From contig LWCA01000254.1 in NCBI GenBank assembly GCA_001642005.1, positions 1 through 36,572 on the forward strand: DNA of 36,572 nt, in the 5' to 3' direction. Below the pieces are notes generated by a model. It made no database searches, was not told where the DNA came from, and was given only the letters and a program-made list of their open reading frames with translations. The translations under genes and the position numbers were made by a program. Of the stretch, positions 22,301 to 35,860 are shown in pieces (the first letter of the stretch is position 1; the number at the start of each line of letters is the position of its first letter). The DNA is from Intoshia linei. Taxonomy: Eukaryota; Animalia; Orthonectida.

Positions 22301-25300
22301 AGTTGTCCTCAAGTTCCTTCATTTTTCTTTTATTCAGTGTTACTTCGTTTACCAGTTTGGTTCTCTCAGATTCCAATTCCTTTTTTTCTGTAAAAATGAC
22401 AATACTCAACAATTGGTCCTCCAACCCTTTCATAGTGACTGTGAAATCAATAATTGAAGTTCTAGCGCTGACTTCTGGTGAGTAGGAAGGATTTCCACGT
22501 TTTGTAGTAATGTAAAGTCGGAAATTTTTCATAACATCACACTCTTTGTCTCCAATTTTAACTTTGTAATTGCTGCCAGATTTTATAAAATTTTTTTCTA
22601 GTATGTTATCGAGAACAGGGTCCAATTCCTCTCCAACATCTTCAATGAGCAACGGTTTTCCCAATGAAAGACATTCTTCCAAATGGGTTCTGAAATATTT
22701 GTGGTTTAAATTAGTTAACTAAAATAAGGTAATTATTATCTATTCTTATATTGGTATATACTTGTAATTCATTATTTGATTCTCTATTCTTAATCCAAGA
22801 TTTGCCTTGACCTTGCGGGTCAATTAAAAGAGGATATCGTGTTGCACTAGTCACAATCAGTCCATTTTGGATTGAAAGCTCATCATTAGGTAGTCCTTCG
22901 ACATTCCATTCACCAATGGTGGGAGCATCCACTAACATGTCAACCACATTCAAATTCTATACAATTCAATTAAAATATTTTATTGATTTATAATTACGTC
23001 CGAAAAAGGAATAGATTTCATTGTCATTTCTCTACACCACTTGTCAATCATAGTAGATCTGTATTCTTGGTTAAACGGTCCAGCATATGACAAAAATCCG
23101 GTAGCAATAAGAACATCACCAACCAATTTATGTATTTGGGATTCAAATTGTTTACTAGATTCAGTCCAGCGTATTTTTTCACCCGATAAACCATCTATCA
23201 ATGCTGTCGCATTGGACATTTTTTTACGACAAGATTCGGCATCGTCAATGAGAGTCTACAAGTATTACAATAAATAATAGATTCATACCTGTTTCTCAGA
23301 CATTGCTTTGTCATACTTTGCTTGTACTTCATCCAATTGCTTTTGTTTATCATCAAGTTTCATTTGAGCCTCATTCAAATCAACCATGGCACTATTATAT
23401 TTAGCTTCTTGAATTGCCAAATTTGCCTAAAATGTTAGAAATGCTGAACAATTGTCTGAACCTTTAGTGGTAAAACTTCTCGGTTAACCATAAAAAAGTC
23501 AGCCATTGCTTTTGTCCAAGATAAAAGACCGGCAACATCTCCGCAGGCATTTTTGGCAGTGTTATAAGTATAATCTTCCTGGTTAATGTATGGTAATAGC
23601 AATTCCAATGTTTCAGAATTTATTGTATCCTAAATATATGTATTATAACTACACATACATTGTAAATGGGCGTCAACTTAAATCCAACCATTTTAACTAA
23701 AAATCAAAATTTTAGTTTTACCAACCCTTAAGGGAAAAATTCCATTTCACCTAATTGCAAACTAATCATAATTAAACTGATTATGAAACAAATAATACTT
23801 TTAAAACAAAATTAAAAATTTTTTTTCATTATGTATTTTTCTGTAATTGAACTATTTTATATTTGCTTATTAGATGTTTTTAGATGGTCTTCCTGTTTTT
23901 CTAAGTATTTTTAACGGCAAATCAATTACATCCAATATTTTTTTGTAGAATTTTAATTCTAATTTTAATCAAAATTGCATAAAGTAATTATTATCATATC
24001 AAAAATATTCTACTTTAAATAAATGTAATAATATAAAAAATAGTCATTTTTTAAGTTTGTAAATTCCAAAGAATAATTTGATTATTACTTTTCTACAGTT
24101 TTATAAATCCTTATTTATATAATATGCTACGCGATTTTTGTTTGTGTGAGTGTTCCACTTTATTTAAATAAATACCCGTCTTAGAATTTTATAAACTCCA
24201 CATTTAACTTACAGTTTTTTCCGGGAGTGTTCGAAAAATAAATTTCAACATCCCAAACTCACATCTTACGGGTCAAAAACCCCAATTGTCCTTTTTTTTG
24301 AAAATCAAACAAGTCGGAGAATTTAAAAAAATATATACGCTGATACGGATTTTAAAATCATAAACATTATCATAATTATTATCATAAATTTCAATTAAAA
24401 AAAATATATCTTCAGGGCCAAAACCCCAAATTACTCTTTTTTTTAAATGAAAACAGTCCTAAAATTTGAAAAAATTTACAGGTGGTACAGTTGTATCCTA
24501 TAACACAGACAAAAAATTGGGGGTTTGTAAAAGTAAATTTTTCTCAAGTGTTGTTAAAACTGAATTTTTCCTTTTAGCGTTGGTAAAACTAGATTTTTCC
24601 ATAAATAGTTTGTAAAAATAAGGTTTTCTTTAAAGGGTTGCTAAAATTGGAATTTTCACTTAAGGGTTTGTGAAAATGAATTTTCCCCTTAAAGGTTTGT
24701 AAAAGTGGATGTTTCCCGTAAAAATTAGTAAAATTGGAATTTTACCTAAAGGGTTGTTAAAACTACATTTTACTTGTTTGAGTTGGTAAAACTGGATTTT
24801 TCTCTAAAGGTTTGGTAATACTGATCTTTTCATTTTAGGGTTGATAAAAGTAGATTTTTAGTAAAAATGGTAGGGTTTAAAAATATTCTCATTGTAAATT
24901 ACTTTTGGAAAAGATAAAAGTCCTTGTAAAAAATTAGAAGAGCCTAATAGTTTCAAAGATTCTCCCCAAGAAGGTTTTAAATGATTTTTTTCCGTGTCAA
25001 TTGATACAGTATCCATTCTTTTTTGAAATAAAATTGATACACAGTCCATAATTTTCATTATCATAAATGGAGGTTTAGCCAATTTTCTCACTATTATGCA
25101 AAATTATGTTGTTACTAATTTAATCAACCTGTTGATATGTGCGCTGGCTTTATTGTCTGCAATGCCGCTTCAGCTTGCTCTAAAGCCGGTCTAGCTACTT
25201 CCAATTTTTTCTCTGCTATTACTTTATCCGTCTGTTTATGTATTTAAATATATTATAATAACATGGCATACCGATATTTCATCAACTAATGATTGAGCCT

Positions 25301-28300
25301 TGTTTTTTACTTTTTGCACTTGTGCTTTAACTTTTTCTGCAGCTTGAGCACTTACAGTAACCTATTATTATTAGTTATTATTTTATAAAAATAATTATCA
25401 TTATAATGATAACTATTTGAAACAACTCTAGTCTCTGTCGGCAAATTAGACTGAAACGTTATTTATAAAATGCAGAAAGTTAAAAATATAAATGAAATAA
25501 GTGTTAATTAATGTTTACATCTGCTAAGACCAAATCAGCATTTTTACTGGCAATGGCTAATTCTTTTTCCTTGATTACAAGATCTTTGGATAATTCGTTA
25601 ATTGAATCTGTGGCTTCCATTAATTTTTTTAAACCTAAAAAATTTCAATAAAATATTTTAAGACAATATAAATTTAAAAATATTCACAACTTTAAAGTTT
25701 TCTGTAAAACTATTTTCTTTATCTGTCAATTAAAAAATAAACTTATTGAATATTGAGGCTTACTGTATTGTTAGAAATAAATAAAATCAAATTTACCTGT
25801 GTACATTCTCTCAGCCAATATTCCTATTTCCTTGTATTTTAAAGAATAAATGGTTTTATATCCTTCCAAAAAAGATAAGTATGATTTAGGCGTTACATGG
25901 GTACGTCTTCTGAACCTTTCAAAGTAACTGGTACAAACTTGGGATACCATATCCTAGTAGAAATTATTTTTATAATTTACAAAATAATAAATAATTCTTT
26001 ATCATTAATTATAATTACGAATTATAATTTAATTTTATTTATTTTTTTGTATATAAATGATGATAAGAAACCTGAATATTTCCCATTGTTGTTAAAACCG
26101 CATCTTTAACAGTATCTGTGCATGATATTTCATATGAAGACAAAAAATGTTTAGACACAGCAATAAGGGCGTCTTTGGGCCACCGTTGAAACCAATTCAT
26201 GGTACATCCAGATATCAAACCTGGGAATTTGAGTGATCTGGTCAAGAATTTTTCACCTACCGGAGAAAAACACAAAACAACATGTAAGTTGTTTCTAACT
26301 CTGGACATATAATATCCGTATAAGTTTTCATTGGAGGGTGGTCTTCTAGGAAATTCCTTTTTCATGGGAACTATTAAATCTTGTAATATTTCATCCATTT
26401 CATCTCTTGCAAACAAATTAGACACCTACATATAAATCAAGTCAAAATATTCCAAATAAATAACCTCGCCAGATGATAATAAATTGTTCATGTATTCTAA
26501 AAATGATTCATCCTTTATTTCATTGTCTGTAAACAAGAAAGTCATTGGTTTTCCTTTTTGACCAGCCGATCGATACAAAACTTTCAAATCATCCATTAAA
26601 TTATTAACACCGTAGGTTCTACGTGATTAAAATAAAAATAAAACTATGAAGGTAAATTAAAACATTTAAAGTTAAATCTAAAAACTCAGTTAAGTATGTA
26701 TCAAGACGGTTCACTCTGTGATTACAAGGAAACAATTCTCTAATTTACAAACATTTATGATTATAGAATAAAATTATTAAAATTAGTTTTAATTTTGTAG
26801 TAATTTAATGATTAATATAATAAACACAATAAATATAATAATAATTATTATTTAATTTTTNATAAACACAATAAATATAATAATAATTATTATTTAATTT
26901 TTTCTGTACAACGAAAAAATAATTACATCAAAAAATAATGTATTTAAAAATTCAACTCAAAGCCCTTAAAAATTTCATTATACTTTTTAAAATAAATATT
27001 TTTTGGGTGCATTCTCCCACTAAAATTGGATTACGATATCATACCTTGACAATGTTATTTGGAATATATCGTATCCAGCAATAAAGGAAGCTAAACGAGA
27101 TAGAGATTGTTTGCCAGATCCACCCACTCCAACTAATAATGCATGGCCTTTAGATGTTCGAATAATTCTGGATATTTTTAACAAATTTGTCATTGCATCC
27201 TAATTATAATAATTATAAAATATTACTGTATTAGTTACTCTGAAAAAGACCATATCCATTTTTGCACCTCGAATACTTTCGTTATATAAACTTTGGAAAC
27301 TGTACAGTCTCTGTACCAATATTTCAAATGTCTCAACCATTTCGTATATTTTGGGAGCTTCAAAGTCAGCGTCGTCGCCTTCTTCTCCTATAAGTGATTA
27401 CAATAAAATGAAATTTTAAATTTAAATTGAATTATTTTACACCATGCAAATAAAAACGACAAAAAATAAATTATCATGCTATTACTTTTATCTTTAGGTA
27501 TTTCATCTACAAAAAGTTTAATGGATCCCAGATAAAAAATAATTATAATATACCAGTGACTTCTGGTGCATCACGCATAAAATCACAAAAATATGGCTCT
27601 TCGGCTAAATGTTGGCTTATATCATTTCCAATAACTTCACTGGCAACCTATTACAATAATAATATGAAACAATATATGTTTTTTCTAAAATTTGATAATT
27701 TTAATGACGCTTAATTCCCATTCTGTGTATTTATGTAATATTAAAAATATTTCGCAATAAAAATATTTACAAATAAATTAATTAATATATTAAATAAGTA
27801 TAATTATACTGTTGATTTTATTAATATTTTCTGATTATATATTATTATATAACTGTTGATAATTATTATAGTGATATTTTCCATTTTGATGAATTAATCC
27901 TATTGAATTGCTAATTTGCATGAAAAACTAATAATTATAAAATGATGAAACAACAAATCAAAGTTTTAGTTTTTTTTATATATTTTTTAAAAAAACATAA
28001 AACCCATTTATGTTTCGTCGATTTATTCAAAAACTACCTATAGATTTTTGTTTATAATTTTCAAATATAGTTCATTCTTAAAATCTGAAAATCTGAAAAT
28101 TCTCTTTCATATATTAATTTTGTCTGGTTATTGTCGACAAAAAGTTAGAAATTGTTTATTAGTGTAATTTAATTTTTTTCAATTTTGAAATTATTTTGTC
28201 ATTACACTGAACAAAATTCAAGAAACGATCTCACTAATAATATGACATGTTTTTATATATTTTGTAGTTTAAAAAATGTCAAAAATGTTTTTAAAATTAA

Positions 28301-31300
28301 TCGAGTAAGAGTATCTAGAGATATTTACATCATCAGGATTAACTGATATACCCAAAACTACAAGATGAAAAATATTAAAAAATGTTGTATATGAGATCTG
28401 TGTATATGAAATTTTTTAAATAAATTATTTTTGCTTTAAAATGCTTTAAAAATATAATATACAATGTGTATTATACATGTATAATATACATTAACATAAC
28501 ATCATTACACAAGTCATTAACAATTAAATTTAAGCAATTTGTTTAAACTAATTTATAATAATAAAAAAATTTATAAGGGAGGCACTAGAAAATAAAAAGT
28601 TGAGAAACACTGATATATAGGAATAAGTCCAAGATTAAAGTCATTTTTGATACTACTATTTGTTTTTATATTTGTGTACATTGTACACGACGCTATTGGA
28701 GAACAAATTATTTTCATTATTAGTTAACATGTGTGATTTACACTATTATATTATATTATTATATTATACATGTATATATATGATTGTATTATAAATTCTA
28801 TATATAATTTAAGTCATAATCAATTATTGTTAAAAAACCCAAAATAATTGTTATTTTACACGAAAATACACTAGATGTTTGCCCTTAATTTTTGAATACG
28901 TGCGACACCCCAATATGTATAATACCTGTTTGACACACTTTAACATCCATGTTTTATCAGAAAAATCAATAAATCTGTCTGCAATGACCCGTGTGCATTC
29001 ATGAAGCCACAAATTATACATTACACCCATTTCTGTCGCAACAATAGAACTAACTGTTAACATTCCTTGCCAGATTCGACTGAGATCACGCAAGTTGAAA
29101 ATGTAATGAAACTTTGCTGGAGTAGGAAGCATTTTTATTTTTATTTTTTGCCAGATTACTCTAGTAGCAACTACCAAATTTTCTATTGAATTACAGATTT
29201 CAGCGGAAAATCCTCTTTCCTTAAATTAAATTGTAATATTGCACAAAAAAACAAACCTCACAAAAGTACCCCTTCCCTATAGTATTGAAAATTTTATCAA
29301 TTGAAGAATCAGATGGAATGGTTGAGTTAAATATGCAGAAATGGCGCTTTAAGCGTTGAGGAATATCGTTACGACCTCCTCCAGGATGAATCATTGCAGC
29401 CATAAATTGCATATCGACAATATTTGTAAATTCACCAGGTTTTTCCAAACTATAAAATCCGTGCATTTCCATTGTTTGACGAACAATTTCATTAGTTATC
29501 TGAACGTAATAAAAGCAGTAAAAAACAAAAAAATTTTACAATAAAATACCTGATCTTCCCATTCATTGATAGTGGGCATATTGATATCGTCAATAAATAC
29601 AGTCATTTTTTTACCGGCAGGTGGGCCATAAGTTGAACCCATTCTTTTGTCAATGTAACTTTCGATAGTTTTCTAGTAAAAAATAATATTTATTGAATAA
29701 AATGAAAACGTTAAGTCGTTTTTACCTGAAACATGAATGGAGTAGAAGCACTCGAAAAGTTGAAAGATTTGTACATGTGCATTTCTGGGTCATAATTTTT
29801 ACAATACCCATGAATCATTACAGTTTTAGCGGTTCCTTGCTCTCCAATCAATAACAAACCTTTTCCTTGTTTAGCAATAATACCAATTAAATATTCTGTT
29901 CTGACGTTGTCCACGTTAGGAACCAATATAGAGGTATATTCTGGAATTGAGTCTTTAGGGTAAATGTAATTCGAAACCTAATTATTTAATAAGATTAAAA
30001 TTTTTATTCCAACTCTCTTGCTCCAATGTTCCCAATTCCCACTACTATCTACCGTATATTCGAACATGGATACACCATCATTACTTGGTGGTAGTTCCAA
30101 CATCCCGGGATTACTCCTGATAAAGTCTTCCATCTAATTTAATGATATAAATTATCAAAATATTAAACCTTTTTTCTATCGTCAAGTTCTAAAAGGGCAC
30201 CAAGTGACCACATCAATGAAAAAACAATACAACGATTCAAATAATTTGGTAATATATTTTTTTCTTCATCTCCTCCAGGTAAAATTCCTGATAAAACACT
30301 CAAAGCTTGTTTGATGTACATGCACTCTAATATCTAAAGCACAGTTAAACATAGACTTGACAAAACATACTTGCATTTTTGGAATCACAATCGTACTTAT
30401 AAATTCATACAACTCTTCCCAGATGGATTCAAATACAGAATATATCACTGCAACTTGACTAGCTGGCCTACCTATCAACCAACCTATTTTTGTGTAAATT
30501 AAATAACGTAAAACTTTTACCTTTCAATATAGGATCCCAGTTCATAATTGAACTGCTCATAAATACCATACCGTTCCTTGATACTGTTGCAGGTGACGCA
30601 TTGTCAATATTATGCACTTCAAATACAATTTTGCAGTTGGGAGCCATACTTATCCTGTCTCCATTTGCCAATGTTAGCGTCTTATTGTCATCAAGTACCT
30701 AAAACAGATATTTTTTGATAAAAAATTTTTACAGAGTTAAGATTCTCAATCCATATAGCGTCTACTGGTCCATCCAATATCAGCCAAATGTGTTCGCCCT
30801 TATGTTAAAATAAAAACTACGAATTAATGTTAATTCTTACTTTTTTAGCTTTATGGGTTCTTCTCCACATGGTAGAAAAAATACCGTCGGTCCAATCATT
30901 GGTGGCTACATCTAATCTTCCAAACATTTGAGGGGCTGTTATGGCTTTTGGATTCATTCGCATTTCTCGGTGTGGTTTTCCACAATCTCCCATAGCTTTT
31001 AGCAAAACCTAAAAAAATTAATTATTTACCAAACTTACCATTTTATATACACTTCATATAACTAATAAAAAAGAAAATACACTGATGCAATTTGTTTTTC
31101 CAGATCCTGATGGTCCCAAAGCCATCATGCCGTGTCTTACATTCTGGGTTTCATATAATTGAATTATCTTGAGCACCCATGGGTCATGATTAATCAAATT
31201 CAAATTTTTAATCTATTCAAAATAATTAAATGATATATAAATTAACCTGTGTATCTATTGCAGCTTCCATGTTAGGATATCCCATTTTCTCTAAAGTCAT

Positions 31301-34300
31301 ACCAGGGAACAAGTCATCTATAAGAGATATGAAAAGAGGTTCATCCTCATCAACCAATTTAGATAAATTCATGTTTCTTAAATCTCGCATTAAAATGACG
31401 AGTTCGCTGTCGTTTTTATTGTTACGTTTATTGGCTCCCAGAGTTCGCAAAACAGATAGAATATTTCTGAGGCCGAAATCATAGTGAACCTTAATTAAAT
31501 GTAAAACTGAATTAAATAAAATACCTGCTTACTCAATTGTTCTTCACAGAGTTTATACAAAATAAAGAATTTTTTAGCAAGTATAACATTTTGTTGGAAC
31601 CCACAAGCAGCGAGTTTTACACGAATAATTATTCCTCTGTCTGGAACCATCATAGCGACCGTTCGAAAGTTGACTTTTAAATTTTCGGGTAGTTCCTGCC
31701 TTCCAGCATACCCGGGATTCATTGTTAAGAACAAACCAAATTCGGGGTCCAATTCTACAACGTCTCCATCTGTAAATATAAACTGGGTTTTTCGTTCTTT
31801 TTTAGAGCTTAAGACAATTGAAATTTGTTGCGCTGCTACTGACAAAACGGGCAAATCAATTCTATTGAATTCATCAAAACATCCCCAAGCTCCACTCTGC
31901 GCTAAACCTTTATAGATACGTCCCAAGCCCCGATAATCCATTTGATCGGAACAATTGAAAACGACAACATATTTACCTAAACATCTCCCCATGTCCTTAA
32001 CTGTTTCAGTTTTACCTGTTCCTGCTGGACCAGCTGGAGCTCCACCGAGAGACATACCTAAGGCTTGTGATATTGTAATGTAACATCGATCTGTCAATGG
32101 AGTAATGACAAGTCTATCCGTACAACCCAAAAATTCGTTTTGGTATGAAAAATTAACATCTGTAATTGAAATCATGCACTTATCTTCGTCTTCTTTGAAA
32201 TAGAATCGAGTTTGTTTCAGCCATTCAAAGTCGTAAATAGATCGTACATGTAACTTAAATAAGTCTTCGAAAATATCTTTTTGGTGTACGTGAATAGTGA
32301 TTAACGTCTCAAATTTTACTCTTGCTATTTTTGTAAGTTCCTGCGTGGTAAGATCTATGAGACTATTCAGTATTTCATTAAAGTGTATATTAGTTTGCTG
32401 CATTATTTTTTTATCGTATCGTGAGTTTTTTATTGCAATTTCAGCGTCTCTCGTCCATAAAAATTGTAAACCAAGCAATCCCACTTGAGCTGGAAATTCT
32501 TCTTCAAATTCTAGTAGTTTAAACCCAGCGTCGAATATTTGCAAATATGCACTTCGAATAATACTATGGACAGATTTTCGCGTCATTGCTAGTAATTCTC
32601 CCAGCCATAACTCTACACCTCCTTGAGCCATCACGAATTCATCCAATTGAATCTCTTCATTCTCTCGGGAAACAATCATTAGCATTTTATCGTATTGATT
32701 TGTATCAAATTTTACGGATTTTGTATTATCGAAAACGGAAAGCAAGTGAGCTTGTATGGTATGTGAATCACTAGCTTGTCCCAATATTTCCAATAAAGCA
32801 GGATCAGATACAAAGAAAAATCGAGGGAAAATTAAACGTTTGCTTTCTAAATACCCCGTCAAAGATTTTTGACAAATTTCCAATTGTTCCAATAAATGGG
32901 GCAACAGTTGAGATAAAGTATCATCACCTACGCAACATTGAATAACATTGGTATTTTCATGAGCCCTTTGCATAATTTTGATCCAGGTTTTATCAATATT
33001 GGAAAATCTTTTAGCTTCTTGAGGCAATTGTTTCGCAATATCCCCTCCAACAAATACTGCTTCCAAATATATCCACAAATTTTGCACGATCAACCAATTT
33101 TCAATAATTTCAGTGGTTCCAGTTAAATTTTTAACCCATTCTTGTATTTGTGGTTTAAACGGCACATTATATCGGTTACTCAACAAAGAACCTAGTACCA
33201 TTAAACTGTCCTCCATTAATGTAATGATTTCAGAAGTACTATCTCCTTTAAGCAATAATTCTCCACGATTTTTGAAATTTCCAAATTCAATATTGTTTAG
33301 ACCGCATTCATTAATTACCTGTTTTAATTTGGCCTCGATGTCTCGTTCTTTTACAGCGGAAATACAAATATCTTCAATGTCATCCTTGTTCTGTAATAGT
33401 GGCGCTTCCATCAAATTTTTCATGAGAAACGTATCTGATTCCACATCAAATGTATGATTAGTTAGTAAAGTTATTCTATCCCAATGTCTCTTTTGCATGG
33501 CCTTGTGGGACATCATTTCTAACAATGGACATGTTTCATTGAAATCGTCAATTGTTTTTCTCAAATCTTCTGAAGCCTGCCAATCCTTGAGAGCTTTAGG
33601 AAGTTTTCTACACTTCTTTTGAAAGTCGAGAAGCTGGGTGTTTATTTTTTCAATATCAATATCCACCCACGCTATATCGTAATACCCGTTAACGGCATCA
33701 ATTACGTTATTATACAATTGATACAATTTTTGCAATAAATTAAGTTCTTTCTTTGTTTTCTGTAATAATGGATAGTCACTGACTGGAAGGCCAAACAACT
33801 CTTCTCCACCTGAATACGTTTGATATTTAGCCCATAACTCGTCAAATTTACTCTGAAATATATTTAATCTGTCAGAAGCTTCCCTGGGAGCAATATTCTT
33901 TACCATTGGTCCTGATTCGTTGTAAAGTACATTAAAATCACTAAAGTCAATAACAAATTTTTCGACGCCTTGCAACAATTCAGCCTTGAATTTAGGTTGT
34001 ATTTCGAGTAAATGATTTTGCACTATGGTTGCTTGCGTCTTAAGTTTTGACCAGCCATAAGACAAAGAATCGACACGTTCTGCATTATCAAAAATTATTT
34101 CATATTTATTTAACATGGTGTAGGCTTCTTCGATAGGTGAAATTGTCATGTCAATACTGATTTCTTTGTTACGAATTTCTTTTACTTCCAACATGTGAGC
34201 TCTAACATCATCCAAATCCTTAGTGGGTCGGGATAAACATTTAAACAAATTATCGAAAAATTCGACAGTTTCATCCATACTAATTGAACACCGTGCATTC

Positions 34301-35153
34301 AGATTCTTTCCATATTCTAGCATCCAATTTTTTGTTTCAGTTAACAGCCCACTTTTTAACAGGTCAGTATGTAACACAATTGGTCCTACTTTATAACATG
34401 AAATAATTTCGTTAATTTCTTCTTCCATATTCTAAAAAATGAATTATATAATTTTAAATTGTTAAAACCATGTAGTATCGAAATTTAGATTCAAACTCTG
34501 ATATTATGGGATTTTCTTTTGCAAATTCTATAACTTTTATCTTGGGTTCCTAAAAATAAATTACAAAACATGTCACAGCGTAAGCTTACCGATTCCCATA
34601 GTTCAGAATACTGGGAAAACATTTTCAATACATCGAGTATATCTGATTTAGCACTTGCAATAATGCTATTTAGTTGAATTACAATTTTTACAATATCTTT
34701 ATGCTCAGAAATAATTCGATATATTGTTTTAGCTCCTATAACCGATTTGCTATCATCTACATCCAAACTCATTACCCGGCTTGAATTTGTGGTCTTATAA
34801 TATACATTATAAACAATTGTAAACGATATTATTTTTAAATTTTAACTTACCGGTTCCAAAGAACTTTTAGTCTTGTTCTGTGTGTAAGTCGTTTCCCATT
34901 GTGGCATATTTTCCCATAGACGCAATATTATTTGTACACATTGATTCACACATGTTTGCATCTCTTCAATGCTTGGTTTAACAGTAATTACAGGTATTTC
35001 TACAAATTTTTAAAACATAATAATGGATCATGGTACCTAAAACTATGTTACTCTTAAAAAGTGGTTGAAATTCCAAATCATTAGGTTGATATGAAGAAAA
35101 CCTCTTTGAATTAATTAATCTTTGTTTAATTGAATCCAATGCTTTTCTGGTAC
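19355..35153 (-). CDS. DNAH5: Axonemal outer-arm dynein heavy chain, DNAH5/DNAH8 (gamma) type; N-terminal exons lie beyond the window
   Basis: [21 protein letters not shown]-loops GPAGTGKT (AAA1), GPSGSGKT (AAA2), GEQGTAKT (AAA3) and GVGGSGKQ (AAA4), CFDEFNR, stalk/MTBD region, and C-terminus [14 protein letters not shown]. Many short introns. Confidence 0.93.
23668..24870. mobile_element. Second foldback-like element of the same family, in a dynein intron, interrupted by Helitron-like copy C
   Basis: Left end gggcgtcaa...ttttagttttaccaacccttaagggaaaa; the right arm 24518-24865 has about 11-12 degenerate ~29-nt units in the opposite orientation. Confidence 0.65.
24108..24517 (+). mobile_element. 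Helitron-like repeat, copy C, truncated, inside a foldback-like element in a dynein intron
   Basis: Begins tccttatttatataatatgctacgcgatttttg, the reverse complement of the end of copy A. Homology continues to about 24517. Confidence 0.7.
26820..26902. other. Assembly gap (single N) flanked by an exact ~41-nt duplication
   Basis: ataaacacaataaatataataataattattatttaattttt occurs on both sides of the N at 26861. Confidence 0.8.
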
Positions 35154-35168
35154 CTAATATTAATTTTA

Positions 35169-35860
35169 TCCTTACTTATATAAAGTAAAATGGTTAAAAA
35201 TGTATGTCTGTTTATTAGTATTATTGTTTTATTTTATTTAAGAAAGTAAGAAGAGTCGAGTTTTATAAATGCTATATTTTTACGACAGTTTTTCCAGAGT
35301 GATGTTTCATCGCTTATTTCAATTTCAAAAAATGAATCTTTCAATGTTAAAAACAACAATTTATAAATTTATCAACACCAGTTTTTAAATTCAAACCCGT
35401 CTTAGAATTATAAAAAATACATTCTAATAAATGTTTTTAAATCTAAAACCCCAAATTACCCTTTTTTGTAAAAAGTTTTTAAATTCATAAGGATAATCAT
35501 AAATGGTAACCTCAAAAAAGGTAATTTTCACGGTCAAAAAATTAGATTACCCCTTGTAAAAATGAAAACAGCCCTAGAATTTAAAAAAATTATAGATGAT
35601 ACAGTTATATCCAGTTAACACACACAAAAAATTTCAATTCAATTAAGTGACGCCTTCATGGTCAAAAAATCACTTTAATATTAATTTTTTTTTATTTCGA
35701 AACTATTTTATTTACAAACAAAAAATTTTTACCTAATTAACGACCGTACAACTAAAAAAAAAGGATTTTTCTGATACGTTTATTCCAGTTGATAAAAATA
35801 CAGAATTTAAACCCCAAAAATCTACGCATTCTCGGTGAAAAACAATTTTTAATATTTTTT
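35169..35860 (+). mobile_element. Helitron-like repeat, copy D (in a dynein intron)
   Basis: Starts tccttacttatataa. The segment 35395-35850 is the reverse complement of copy A ~5410-5955 (aagtgacgccttcatggtc, atctacgca). Confidence 0.65.

Noticed and set aside
24518-24865. Regularly spaced ~29-nt repeats resembling a CRISPR array (also 17352-17520)
   Set aside because: The units are contiguous and degenerate with no unique spacers, the context is a eukaryotic intron, there are no cas genes, and they pair with inverted arms.
26820-26902. Perfect 41-nt tandem duplication
   Set aside because: It flanks an N, so it is most likely a contig-overlap artefact.
21319-33457. Several + strand ORFs of 60-114 aa opposite the dynein gene
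   Set aside because: These are antisense shadows of dynein exons with no recognisable domains.
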